Shown: in pieces, positions 29,301 to 41,300 of the stretch | How the letters are laid out: the number at the start of each line of letters is the position of its first letter | Numbering within the stretch: the stretch's first letter is position 1 | Source of the DNA: Dimorphilus gyrociliatus | Taxonomy: Eukaryota > Animalia > Annelida | Length of the DNA: 64,000 bases | Direction: 5' to 3' | Assembly (NCBI GenBank): GCA_904063045.1 | Contig: CAJFCJ010000002.1 | Location: 1,386,422 to 1,450,421 of the forward strand | Notes under the pieces: model-generated | The model's database searches: none | What the model saw: only the letters and a program-made list of their open reading frames with translations | What the model was told of the DNA's origin: nothing | Program-made: the position numbers and the translations under genes

Positions 29301-29941
29301 CCATATATAATCTCTGCCTGTATAGGAAATTTGATTTGATTTGATAACTGTTTTTTATTGAATATTGTCATTTACTTACAATGATCGCAAAACACTGGTG
29401 TGATAACGTAGAATGGTGAATAGCTTTCGGTTCTCTTTGGTGGAATAGCAACATAATATTGCTCCTCTATAGAGTCTACGCTAGCGTAATCCTTCATTTT
29501 GGAATGTGGAATGTGTCTGTTTGAATAATGATCGGAGGATCTTACCGAGACAGGTCGATTCAGCGGATCGTTATATTTTCTAACATATTCTTTGCCTGGC
29601 AAAGTCTTTCTTGTCTGAGGAATAGTAGAGGTTCTTGTCAATGGCGATGAAATATTTCGTTCTTCCATAACCATAGTGTTATTTTCAACAAGTTCAGCTT
29701 TAATAAAACCTTTCTGGCCTTCAGTTAAATTATGGCCATAATAATGTCCTTCTCTACTGCTATCGTAAACTTCGACAACATCCCCACTTTTAATTATAAT
29801 GAAACCGGATCTAGAATCTATGTCATTCGGTGTGTATGATTTTACGGCCCTAAGAACACGATAATGAATAGTAAGATATCAATGAAAATTTCCAATTATT
29901 TAAAAGTAAACTTACTGGAACCTAAAGGTGTTCTGGGCCAT
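26372..29941 (-). CDS. PIK3R1: PI3K regulatory subunit p85-like (SH3-C1-SAM-C1-RhoGAP-SH2-iSH2-SH2)
   Basis: Two SH2 domains (WYWGNISRGEA..GAFLVRDA; WYAGKISRPQAE..GTFLIRD) flanking a coiled coil; RhoGAP IKSYLRELPDPV; N-terminus MAQNTFRFQ|AVKSY (SH3). Confidence 0.9.
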
Positions 29942-30091
29942 GGCTTGGTTTTCTAAGGGAAAAAAAAGAGTCTGATGTTAAAAGCAGTATAGAATAGATT
30001 TGAAGATCTATCCGCTAGTCGCAGTAAGACATTTGCATGTGCTGCGAGAGTGGTAGCAAACGAATGAAACATTACACGCTAAATTTTCTAA

Positions 30092-30105
30092 GTTTCCATG
30101 ACAAC
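30092..30105. promoter_or_regulatory. RFX X-box GTTTCCATGACAAC
   Basis: Exact match to the GTHNYY-AT-RRNAAC consensus, upstream of the p85 ATG. Confidence 0.5.
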
Positions 30106-31770
30106 TGAACGACATACGAGAGGAAAACAACAGGAGAAGAGAACAGCTTAAAATAGGTGCCTTTTAACGAGATCTCTACTAATACACATAACTTGTCACA
30201 AAAAAGGTCGGTGCCTCTGGATTATGCAACTATAGTTTTCGATAAGAACAATTGACATTTTCCAAGCGATTACCTTGGAAAGAGTTCTTATACAGGACAA
30301 TTACTCCTTTTACGCACCTGTTATTATTCCATGAACATTATATATTCAGATTCGTTGTCGAGATGAAGCAATGTAATATTTGCTAATTTCTAAAGCTGCA
30401 GGTTCTTTTTTTCTTTTATATATATATTTTCTTTACAAATCCGTCACGCCGTCTGGAATGATAGCAAGTAAAGTTGTTACGATAACTAGCAGCGACATAT
30501 AATTGCAATTGATTTTAATAAGAATTAAATATAAGCATACACATTTAACGATCTTCTAGAAGACGATAGTCCAGAAATAATTGTTATTTTGCTGTAGTGA
30601 AACCGCTAGAAAATACGTTTGATTTTGCACAGTATCTTCCTCGTCTTGTCTGGTCCACTTCCTTTAAGAGGTTAATATAGAGATGGCGCCTTAATCATTC
30701 GATCAACGATTACACGTATTACGTCATAAAATAAGTAAATTGAGTCCTACAAATTAGTATTCAACCGTAATTAGTAAAATACGAATTGTAAGACGTAGAG
30801 CACGAACACGAAGAAGCGACCAACCTGTTACGTTATCCTTTATAGCCATATAAAACAATTACCGATTGCGGTACCATACTAATTTCCACCCCAGCGTCTG
30901 CTATTATATGCTAATATATGACAGCTATATATCTGATTTACAGTGTTTCGTTTATTGTCTATTTATATCTGGGGTACTGATAAAGTTTTTTTTATACACC
31001 GTTTTATGGTCACAGTATCCAATGATAAATTAGAAATTTTAAACATGGCTATTTTTTGTTCTACGACGTAGCTATTTGTAATATTTTCTTCTTTTGATAA
31101 CGTTATCTATTCTTTTTTTATACATTGAACTACATAATAAAATTATACTTATAAAAATAATTGCCCATATGGGACATCTCAATTTGAATTTATGCAGAAA
31201 TAAACGCCATTTTTTGTGGAAAAAGACGTCGCATTCGAAAAAAAAATCAATGAATTCTCTGCGTTGATAAAACAAATAGTTTTTTTTTAAAATTAAAGAA
31301 TTATAGACCAATTAATTTATGTAAATTCACAATACCTCCACCCCTCCCCATTAACGAAAAGTTGAGTGTCCTGTAACGGGACTTCTTTGCAAGTAATTAT
31401 TAAAGAAATAAAGTGTCCCTTCAACAAACCTAGCTTATTTAATGCAAATAGAAAATATTAAGAGAAAGCTTAGCTGTGCATTTAAATTTAAAATATCTCG
31501 AACAGTTCAATAAATTTTCAAGGTTAAATGAAAATTTTTAGACTTTTTCTTTTTTTTATATATAAAATTTAAGCAGACAAAACGAACATTAATTGAATTA
31601 AAACCTACCAGAATGCAATAAATTCTAACTTTGAGCATACATTAGATTGTTTGAATTCAACTAATTCGAATAGGGAAAAAAAAAGAAGCTATTGCATATT
31701 AACTTCTAATTTCGAGTCTTCAAAGTAATCTCGTTCACAATATAAAAAATTAAATGAGATCTCGCGGTAC

Positions 31771-31851
31771 GTTGTCCGTAGCAACTGTGCATAGCAACTA
31801 GCGTAAACAACATCCAGTGTATATCGGCAAGTTATTTTGAATTTTAGCAAC
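31771..31851. promoter_or_regulatory. Cluster of RFX X-box-like sites upstream of EFHC1
   Basis: GTTGTCCGTAGCAAC (31771-31785), ATAGCAAC (31791-31798) and TAGCAAC (31845-31851), 60-140 bp before the ATG of a ciliary gene. Confidence 0.55.
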
Positions 31852-31912
31852 AGAAGCAGCCGTTCAGTTGGTTTTAAACAGAAGAATTTGATTAAATAAT
31901 TGGCTAATAATA

Positions 31913-34134
31913 ATGGACGGTCTACCATTCCTACCAGGAAATACTTTTTGTGATCCGACTGTATGTATTTAAACTTTGAAAGTGAAAACCTTCCTTAAAT
32001 TTACATTAATTGTATCAATTATAATTTCAAAATACAGAAATCTCGCTATCACGTTTCACATTCATTAGGATATAAGAATGGCTATCAGATTGCCTCTAGA
32101 CCAAATATTGGAATTGGGGGTGAGCCTATAAGATACAACACGTTGTCTGAACAGGAATTAGATGATTTGGCTCAATACAAACCAACTTTAACTTACGGAC
32201 CAGCTAAGCAAGCCCCTCCAGAGGATTTTGTACCCGCTCACGTTGCTTTTGATAAGAAAGTTTTACGTTTTAGTGGCTGGTATAAGCAAACGGTCCACGA
32301 GTCACCCAATGAACACTACAGGGTCCGTCATGTTCAAATTTATTATTATCTGGAAGATGATAGTATCGCTGTGGTTGAACCACCAAAAGAGAATAGCGGA
32401 ATGCCTCAAGGGAAGTTAATTAAGCGCCAACGTTTGCCTAAAAATGACGTTGGTGATTATTGGCTGTGGAAAGATTTGAACGTTGGCATGAACGTTACAT
32501 TCTATGGTAAAGTCTTCCACATTTACGACTGTGATCAGTGGACAAGGGGATTCCTCCACCAGGAAGGAATCAACGTCAACCCACCGGAAGACTGTCCAAC
32601 GGATCCTTATTTAAAGAATAGAGAAGAGTCTGCAGCTTTGAAGACCTATAAGACTCCAACTGATTTTGATAAATTGCGCCAATTCTTGGAAATGGACAGG
32701 AAAGTCTTGAGATTCTACTGCGTGTGGGACGACAGAGACTCAATGTTTGGAGAAATGAATAAATACGTTATTCATGTAAGTATACCAACTGCAATTTACT
32801 ATTTGTAATACTATCTATAAATATCTAAAGAAGGATGATTAAAACATACTTTTTCTTTTATAATCAGTATTATCTTGTCGATGATACACTGGAAGTTCGT
32901 GAATGTCATTCAGCTAATAACGGAAGAGATCCTTTTCCTGTTCTAATTCAACGTCAAAAGGTTCCTGTTGATCGTTACAACGTTCCATCTACCTTTCCGG
33001 GGATAGTTATGGAGCTAAGTCAACAGGAAATTAAACGTTATTTTACACCCAGCGACTTTGCTATAGGAAAAACAGTCCTCATTTTCAACCGTAAATTTTT
33101 TATTTATGATGTTGATCCCTTTACCAAAGCCTTTTATTGGAAGAATTTCGGAGTAACAGATTTTACACCTGTTGAATTATCACCAAATGGTGTCCCTCTA
33201 CCTAAAATGGAGATTGCACCTTATAATGGTTTTGGCTCTCTAGAAGATTCGATGCAGTCTTGCTTATCTCTGGTTCCGGAACAGCCAAAGAAAGATTTTA
33301 TAAAAATGTTGGAGAATGACGGAAAACAATTGCGTTTTGAGGCGTCTCTCGACACTCCAAATCCAGACGATAAACTTAGACGCTTTATCATCACCTATAG
33401 ATTGGCAGATGATATGATAACAATTCACGAACCACCCAAGAAAAATTCGGGCATAATAGGTGGAAAATTTTTGGAAAGGAGCAGAGTAGCGAAGCCAAAC
33501 TCTACACCTAGCAACCCACAGTATTACGGCCCGGCAGATTTCTATATTGGAGCTAGCATAGAGATTTTTAAACATAGGTTTATCATTACTAACGCCGATT
33601 TATATGTTCTTAAATATATGGAAGAACATCCAAACCGGTTTCCTGGTAAGATGATAACATCTGGTATTAAGACTTTACTTAATAGTTTTTAAAATTCGAA
33701 ACAGAAACAACAGTACAATCTCTTAGACAAACCCTTGGGCAAACTGGAGCTGAAAGAGAAATGCGAAAAGGAGGTCCAATCCACGTAAAGCGTACTTACG
33801 AGCCAGGAGAACTTCAAAGGATTACCGGTGAAGTTAAACAACAACTGCAGAAGACGGCAATAACAGCGCCTAGTAGAAAGGATGCTATGTTCCTTGGAGC
33901 AGATACGAATCGCGTTGGTTATATCAGCCGACAGAATTTAAAAGAACTACTGATTAAACATCATTTACCATGTGATGACGATATTGTTAACGCTGTAAGT
34001 TAATATCAAACATTAATATTGCTAACATTACTAATGAGTTAAAAAATATTCTTTTGCAGTTGGCAACAGAACTTAATCCAGAAAATCCAGATTGCATAGA
34101 TCTGGAAGTGTTCCGAAAGTTCTTTGAAGCCTAA
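31913..34134 (+). CDS. EFHC1: EF-hand domain-containing protein 1 (Rib72; three DM10 domains plus EF-hand)
   Basis: MDGLPFLPGNTFCDPT|..PNIGIGG..LTYGPAKQAPPEDFVPAHVAFDKKVLRF..YYLEDDSIAVVEP..NSGMPQGKLIKRQRL; DM10 repeats KVLRFYCVWDD and QLRFEASL. Confidence 0.95.
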
Positions 34135-34452
34135 TTTATCTTGACATTGTCCCCCCTTTAAATTCTTCTCTCCTTTTTTGTTTTTTGCATATATATATGA
34201 AGGAATAGTCCTCTCTATTTCCTTAATATATCAATTTTAAAGTAAAATAAAATAAAAATAGAACAAAACTCATGTTGCAAATGTCAAACAAAACTGTAAA
34301 GATCATTTAATTAATGTCACATCTTGTAACGTTATCTTTTTTTATTAAATAAAATTCATTTTGATGCGAATTTATCGTCTTTCATCTTTTTTCTAGTCGC
34401 TTTCTAAAAATATCTATAGACAGATTATAGCTTTCTATAAATATTTATATAT

Positions 34453-36446
34453 TTAGCCCATAGGCTGATCGTAAAACTTCCAAAATTCTTCATCCCTTTC
34501 AAAATTCTTTTTCACTTTGATTTTATCATCTTTCGCAGCTTGCGGGGGAGTTAAGGGAGGAGTTTTAACATTAATCTCATCTTTTTCCAGTTTTTGCGTG
34601 GGTTTTCGAAATGTTTTCTTTGTTGTATTTTTTTCTTTTGTTGGTATTTTTTTCTCCTTTGTTCCCTTCTCTTGTCTCAATTCTGTGGCATTCCTATTCC
34701 AATTTGCCTCATATTTTGGCCTATTTTCTTCATATGTATTCCATTTTTTCAATAAATCACTCTTTATAAAATTGTTTTCATGCCAATTGCCTAATGATTA
34801 TTTATCAATGAACAATCAAATTATGAATTGTATTATATCTATATAAAAAATACAAGTTTAATAACCCTTTCTTTGGATATGCACGCTTATATAGATGTAT
34901 TGATAGAAGTTTATAGATATATAACGTTTGGCAGAAGCGGGTAGGGATTGATTGAAGGAGGAAGAGGAGGAGAAGATAAAGAAGATATACTTGTTTGTTT
35001 GTTTTTTGATTTAATTAGCTTGATTCAATTTTTTCTCTTCGTCACGTTGCCTCCATGCTTTCATTACACGATCATTTACAATCCTCTTCTCTGACCAACG
35101 AGCTGTATACGTATACACATTTAACTTAGTTATAAGCTTGCACATCCAAATTCCCTATCTAAAGGGTTAGCAGTTATTTAACTTGAATAGGAATGAAAAA
35201 CTTACTTAATTCATCTTTTCGAGCCCTAAATTCATTGGGAATTTCTGTTCGATTGTCAAAAACTTGCCAATTGTAATTTGTTTGCTTTTCCGTTACTTCT
35301 TGATCCCTGCTATAGCCTGGAAAAGTATTATATCTTACGGCTTGACCTAAGGATTCGTAACCTGGTTCCAAATTCATAGGATCTTTTGGTTTGTTAACAT
35401 CTCTCCTAGTAACGTATCTAGATGGGCGACTTCTAGCCGATTCGTACTGGTCGAATAAATCTTTAACGCTTCCTTCGTCTTTAAGTAGTTCCTCGCAAAC
35501 TTTGGTACCAAATTGATGAATGATATTTAAAGGTAATTCAACACCATTTATAACCTTAGTTTTAGGTCTATTTTTAGCAGCAGTAAAATTTCTTGGCTCA
35601 TACAAGATAGGATCTACGGTTTCAGCATTTGATGAGCTATTGTTTCTAATTGGAGGTAGTTGATTGCCGAGCTGGTAGCATTTTGAATTATTAGCGACAG
35701 GTTGACTATCCATTCCGGTGCGAAGAATATCTCCAATGATTGAGTAATTATGTATAACTGGTTTCTTTAGTCCTCTTTCGTAATCGAAATTTCTCTTCTT
35801 TCCAAATCCTATTGCGTTAACCTCGTCAGCGTGCGCTAAATCTTCGGTTTTATACCACTGATGATTTTTACTAACTCTAGGATGCTTTGAAAAATGATCT
35901 TCGCTCTTCCTATCGAAGCACAAGGCTTTCAATTTAGCTTCTTCGAATTGACTTTTAGCTATTTCCGTTTCTTTGAATTGTTTTTCTACGGCATTAGTTC
36001 CAAGTTCAAGGAGTTTTTGATCTAATATAAATTGAGAATATTAAAAAGATATTCATTTATCGAAAGAATAAAGGAGTTATAGTTTTCCTTTTTAGGTAGA
36101 GGGAAACGAAAAAAATATTAAACAAAGAAACAGAAGGAAAATGGATGAAACATGAGAAAGTACAAAAAAAACACGCAATTATAGATTCGAAGAAACATCT
36201 CCATTCTATTTCACCTGGAAGTCGTTGCTTTACGGAAGTTGATAAACTCTTCCGGCTAGATCTCTTTTTTTGTGTATTTTCATAATTAGCCAAATTTAGA
36301 TTTTGCACATTTTTTTTATCTGTTTCGTCATATATTTCTAATTGGCAACCGAAAAGGGAATTCTTAGGAAAAGCCTTTGTTTTCTTTGCTTTGAAATCAC
36401 TCCAAGATTTGGCATCGGGGTCTACTTCTAATAAGCTAGTGGTCAT
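34453..36446 (-). CDS. TEX33: TEX33-like protein with two alternative last exons (35102-35011 or 34790-34453)
   Basis: LPLNIIHQFGTKVCEELL, LGQAVRYNTFPGY and RARKDEL(T/S)-xWxE resemble remembered TEX33 motifs (IPANIRHKFGS, NLFPG, GRKTDELGRWH). Confidence 0.62.
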
Positions 36447-36950
36447 TGCTAAAAACTAGACAATATTTATTAACTGAAAAATCATATTTTTGCAAGCTAA
36501 GAAGATTGAATTATTCTCTATTATATAATAACTAAGTGTTGTTTCTATATACTAATAAGTTCGGTTTATCAATTACCTCTTTCCTTTTGTGATAATAATT
36601 TAAATGTTGACCGTTAAAAGAAAAGATTATCAGTCATTTTTCGTCATGTGTACAAGTTGAAGGTCGTTGCTACAGTTCTTTACCATAGCTTTATAAAAAC
36701 CGGTAGTTAAGTATCATTACTGAATGAAGAAGAGGTTGATTCAGTATATAATGAATGTTAAAATTGAACTAGATTTTGACTAATCATTAATTAAGTTTGA
36801 AAATGTTACAAGAATAAACAAACTCTATTAAGTTAACTCTATTAAAAATTACCTTCTGAATAACATATACAGTATATATATATATATATATATATTTATT
36901 TATTTATATATTATTGCTTTTATAGCTAAGTTAAATACTTCTGTAAACGT

Positions 36951-38100
36951 TCAAAATGATGCTGATATTATTAAGTCTTTATCTAAATTTATTTTACCCA
37001 AGTTTCCTTCTCGAAACGCTTTTAGAACCATCTCCGAAACGTGTTGGAAGTTTGGCTTTATTTCATATTTACCTGTTGCAACTGATTTTACTTTAATCAT
37101 CATATTTTTCTTTATTGCAATAGTACTCAAAAACTCAATTACATTGTCAGTTGGCGAAGGCAAATTAAAGAAGTCTACGTATTCAAATAGTGCGTTCTTA
37201 TTTAACCAAAATAGCATATAGTCAACGATTGTTTCGCTTCCAAGAATGTGATCTTGTAATGTACCGCATAAAGCTAATTTCATAGCTGCATCCATATTAT
37301 TGGGCTTTGGTTGGAGGATACCAGGTGTATCAAAAACATATATTTTAGGTGAATCCGATACTTTAATCTTTTCTAGAACACTTCTAGTTACTCCTGCAGT
37401 TGCGCCAACTCTTGTCGCTTTTCCAGATTTCCCAGTATAGACGTTTCTCATTGTGTTAATTAATGACGATTTCCCAACATTTGGAACGCCTGTAATCAAT
37501 AGATTATAATTCTGCTCCTCAGTTCTATTATAACGTAATCTTGAATCGATTAGACGTAGGATGGTGGGTATAATACGTTTCTTAAGTCATAACAAACTCA
37601 AATCTTACCCTCCTTTAATATATTATTATTTTATATCAATCTGTGCTTAAAAAGAAATACACCTAAATTAGCTTCATTTTGAAAGAAGTAAGTGTCTAAT
37701 TTTTACGTTTCACCGGCTTATTTAGAAAGATTAAGGGTATTTGAGAGTTTATTATGACTTTAATTAGAGCGTTTCTATCACTTTTGCAGTTTGTAAACAA
37801 GACTTCGTTAACTCCATCTTGTTGTAATTTCTTAACAATGATTTCTTTGTGAGATATATCCGCTAAATCAATCTTATTTAATAGTAGTAAATGAGGACGG
37901 ACCTCTGCAGTCTCTTTAAAAATTGGATTTCTTCCAGATAATGGTATTCTAGCGTCATGAACCTCAACTAAACAATCAACATCCCTCAATCTGTTCATCA
38001 GCTTCCTTAAACCTTTCTGCATGTGCCATGGAAAATAATGAGCGACGTGCTTAGGCGGGAAAATAAACTTTTCTCTTAATTGAACTGCACGCTTTGCCAT
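36951..38100 (-). CDS. MTG1: Mitochondrial ribosome-associated GTPase 1
   Basis: YFPWHMQKGLRKL, VEVHDARIPLSGRNP, LNKIDLAD, GVPNVGKSSLIN, VGATAGVTRSV, FDTPGIL. Confidence 0.95.
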
Positions 38101-38392
38101 GTGGTAAAATTGAACTGCGCTATATCGTCTGCTTATATGATCAAAACAAAACTGGTAATAAATATTCGAATATTCTCACTTTTCTCTTTTAATCTATCAA
38201 AAGAATCTCAGTAAATATTCATAAAGAACTAACTACTAATTGAAATTAATATGAACAAGAAGTACAACAATCAAGTCTTCAATCTATTACAATGATTTGA
38301 CAATTCTAATAATAGAAAATCTTATCTTTTGGCTAAAATTTTATTCCGACCTTTTTTTATGAATATAATAAACAATTGAGATTCTTAAATGT

Positions 38393-41300
38393 TCATTTAC
38401 ATTTAACGAGTAAAGCTGTTAGTATAACAGCACCTTTTTCTTTAGTCGACCATTCTATCTCATTATTGGCAAAGTAAGAATCAATAGGATAGCTGTAAGA
38501 AGGTGGACCAGAACTATAGGACGAAGGTTGGATCCTCACTTCAAAAGCAACTTGAACAATTCTCCTTGTTTTATTTGATGCATCGTAATACCTTTGAAGA
38601 GTAACATAATGAAAAAAAGTAAGTAATTACTTAGTCTTATATTATGATAATTTCAATAATATAAAAAATAACTTACTCGCTCTGTGGGGAAAACTGGAAA
38701 TTTGTGGCATAATTAATGGACGGAGATAGGAAATATCGTTCGATATTATCTGTTTCTGGTTTATTTTTTTCTTCGTTAAAATTTAGAGTGGAACATAATT
38801 CTTCAATTTCTCCACATAAATCACCTTCGTCTAAAATTCGCCTGACAAGAGACAAATTTGTGCCATAATAGGCAACATGCCACCTTGCAGCGTTAGTTGT
38901 ACTTTTTAAAGGAAATCTACACCATCCAACTGGTAGAGAATAAGATTTTGCCGGTTCACCAGATAGTTTATAAAGGACGTCTTTCCTATAGCAGTTTTCA
39001 CAAAAGCAAGAGTCGGCTTGATGAAAATAAGATTGTGGTAGGCATAAGTATTTCTTTAACGAAACGCATTTTTGATAAAATTGACAATTAAAAATCTTCT
39101 TCATGGCTTTGTTACAGTTGCTTTTATCCAATTTTTCCTTAGTTTCATTTGGCTTGCCTTTAATTAAGCTAATCTCTTCACACTTTCCATACATATCAAC
39201 GAAAAGATACAAATTAGGAGGCAAATTATGAATAATATTACTGATCTCAATTCCATCAATGTAAAAATATAGGCAATTATCTTCTTTAATTTTTATTCCT
39301 ATTACCTGCCCTTTTTCTAATAAATCTAGATTTAGCCCAATCTTATTTCTTATTTTTAGTCCATTTTTATATAAACAAGATCCTTGAATTACCCAACAAT
39401 TATGCTTTAATTTAAGGGCGTCGTCTGGCCAGGTAATTTTTTTAAGAGGACATGTTGTCAGTCCAATACTTAATGATGATGACCAATTTTTGCTCACTTT
39501 GTTAATACTGATTTGATATAATTGTTCTTTTACAACAGGTCCAGAAAAGCCAACGCAAGCTTTATTGTAAGACCTGACTCTTTTTGCTATCACTTTTTCA
39601 AACAGTTCAGCATTTTTTCCAACATTTTCATGAAATTCAATATCATTACCCCTTGACTCAATATCGAGTTCGTTAAATTCATCAGGCATAGATTCTGGTA
39701 GAGATTGTAATAAAGCGGAATTATTAAGAGTTTTCACTAAAGAGGCTTCCATGGAAGACCCATATAAATCGAGCACTCCGTAAACATCCTTTTGTACGAT
39801 AATTATTTTTTAAGTATTAATATATACCTATTTATAGAATATAAGTAATAACAAAACTTACTTCATGCAGACCTATGGCAACAACTCCCATATCATATCC
39901 ATTTAAAATAACTTTCATTTGGCCAAATTCAGTTCGATAAATGCCAATAGTAAATAAGCAGTCGTTGAGATTTGAGAGGGACGGTAGGAAATTTTCTTTA
40001 ATAATTGTATTGTTTTTGTACACATTGGATTGGCTGACGAACCAAGTATCGCTTTTTAAACCAAATATATTATCTGGTAGTTCCTTTTTCAAATTATCAG
40101 TTGTTAGACCAATAGATATTGAACCGGAATAGTCAAAATTATAAGATTCAATTACTATTTCAAACAATCTATTTGGTTTCAGATGGGAATTGCTGAAAAC
40201 TAAACCATTATTGAAACCTCGTACCCTGCAAGCAGTTGAACCATTATTCTTCATAGCGATATTATTACCGCATTTAGCGTTGAAACACTCCACTCTTGAA
40301 TTTTCTTTTTCAATAGGCCAAGCTAGTTTCATCTTTTGTTTCTCCAAACGGCTTCCTATATCTGTATTAGTTTCAATGATTTCATCTTCGTTTGTCATAG
40401 TCACTTGAGAGCATTGGCCATATAAATCTATCACAGCATAGACGTTTGGCGGAACATCTTTAAAAGCTGCACCCATATCCTGTCCATTCAAATAGAAATG
40501 GAGTTCACCTGACGACGTTCGAGATACTCCAACCCGATCTTTGAGTACGATATTATCAAGATCTAAAGGATAAGCGTTCCTCTCTGTAGATCCGTCCTTT
40601 ACTATATTTGAACCACTGTAAAAATTCATAAAAAGGCAATTAAGAGAATAATGATAAAATTTGATCTATATATGTACCTGAGAATCCACGTATCATGATT
40701 GATTTCTGTCATAGTAGACGGAAAATCTATATTCTCTGGTGGAATTTTTGTTATCCCTATTTCAATTGATCCAGACCATCTTGGCATCATATTTTCCACA
40801 ATTACTTCAAAAATCTCATTGTCTCTTAAAGTTCTATTACTTATTACAACTGCGTTATTAAATTCACCAAGAGAGTTCGGTCGGAAAGCTGTCTTTCCAT
40901 TCTGTTTGACGCGTGCATTTTTGCCATGCAAATGGTGAAATTTCAATTGTTCATTATTGTCTGATTCTGATAGCATTCGCAGTCTGGCTGTTTGTCCTTT
41001 GACATTAACAATTCCGTAAATATTTTCGGGAACGTTTGATGCAAATTTACCACAATTTACAGAACAAATACTGATAGATAAATCACCATTCTCTTTTCTA
41101 AGCAAACCTATTGTATCGCCAATTTGTAGGTTGGAAATAAACTCGGAATTTTCCCAGACCATCTCTCCGTTTATATGAAAACCGGCAGACGTCAACATCC
41201 AAGATTCTTCTGTAATATCTAGAAGATTTTCTACAAATTGACCAGAATCAAAATTTGTTGTTGTTACGCCAATTTGTAAGCAATCTGTCCATTTCTCTTG

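Noticed and set aside
34517-34846. 109-aa hydrophobic + strand ORF
   Set aside because: Phe-rich mirror of the Lys-rich TEX33-like alternative exon on the other strand.
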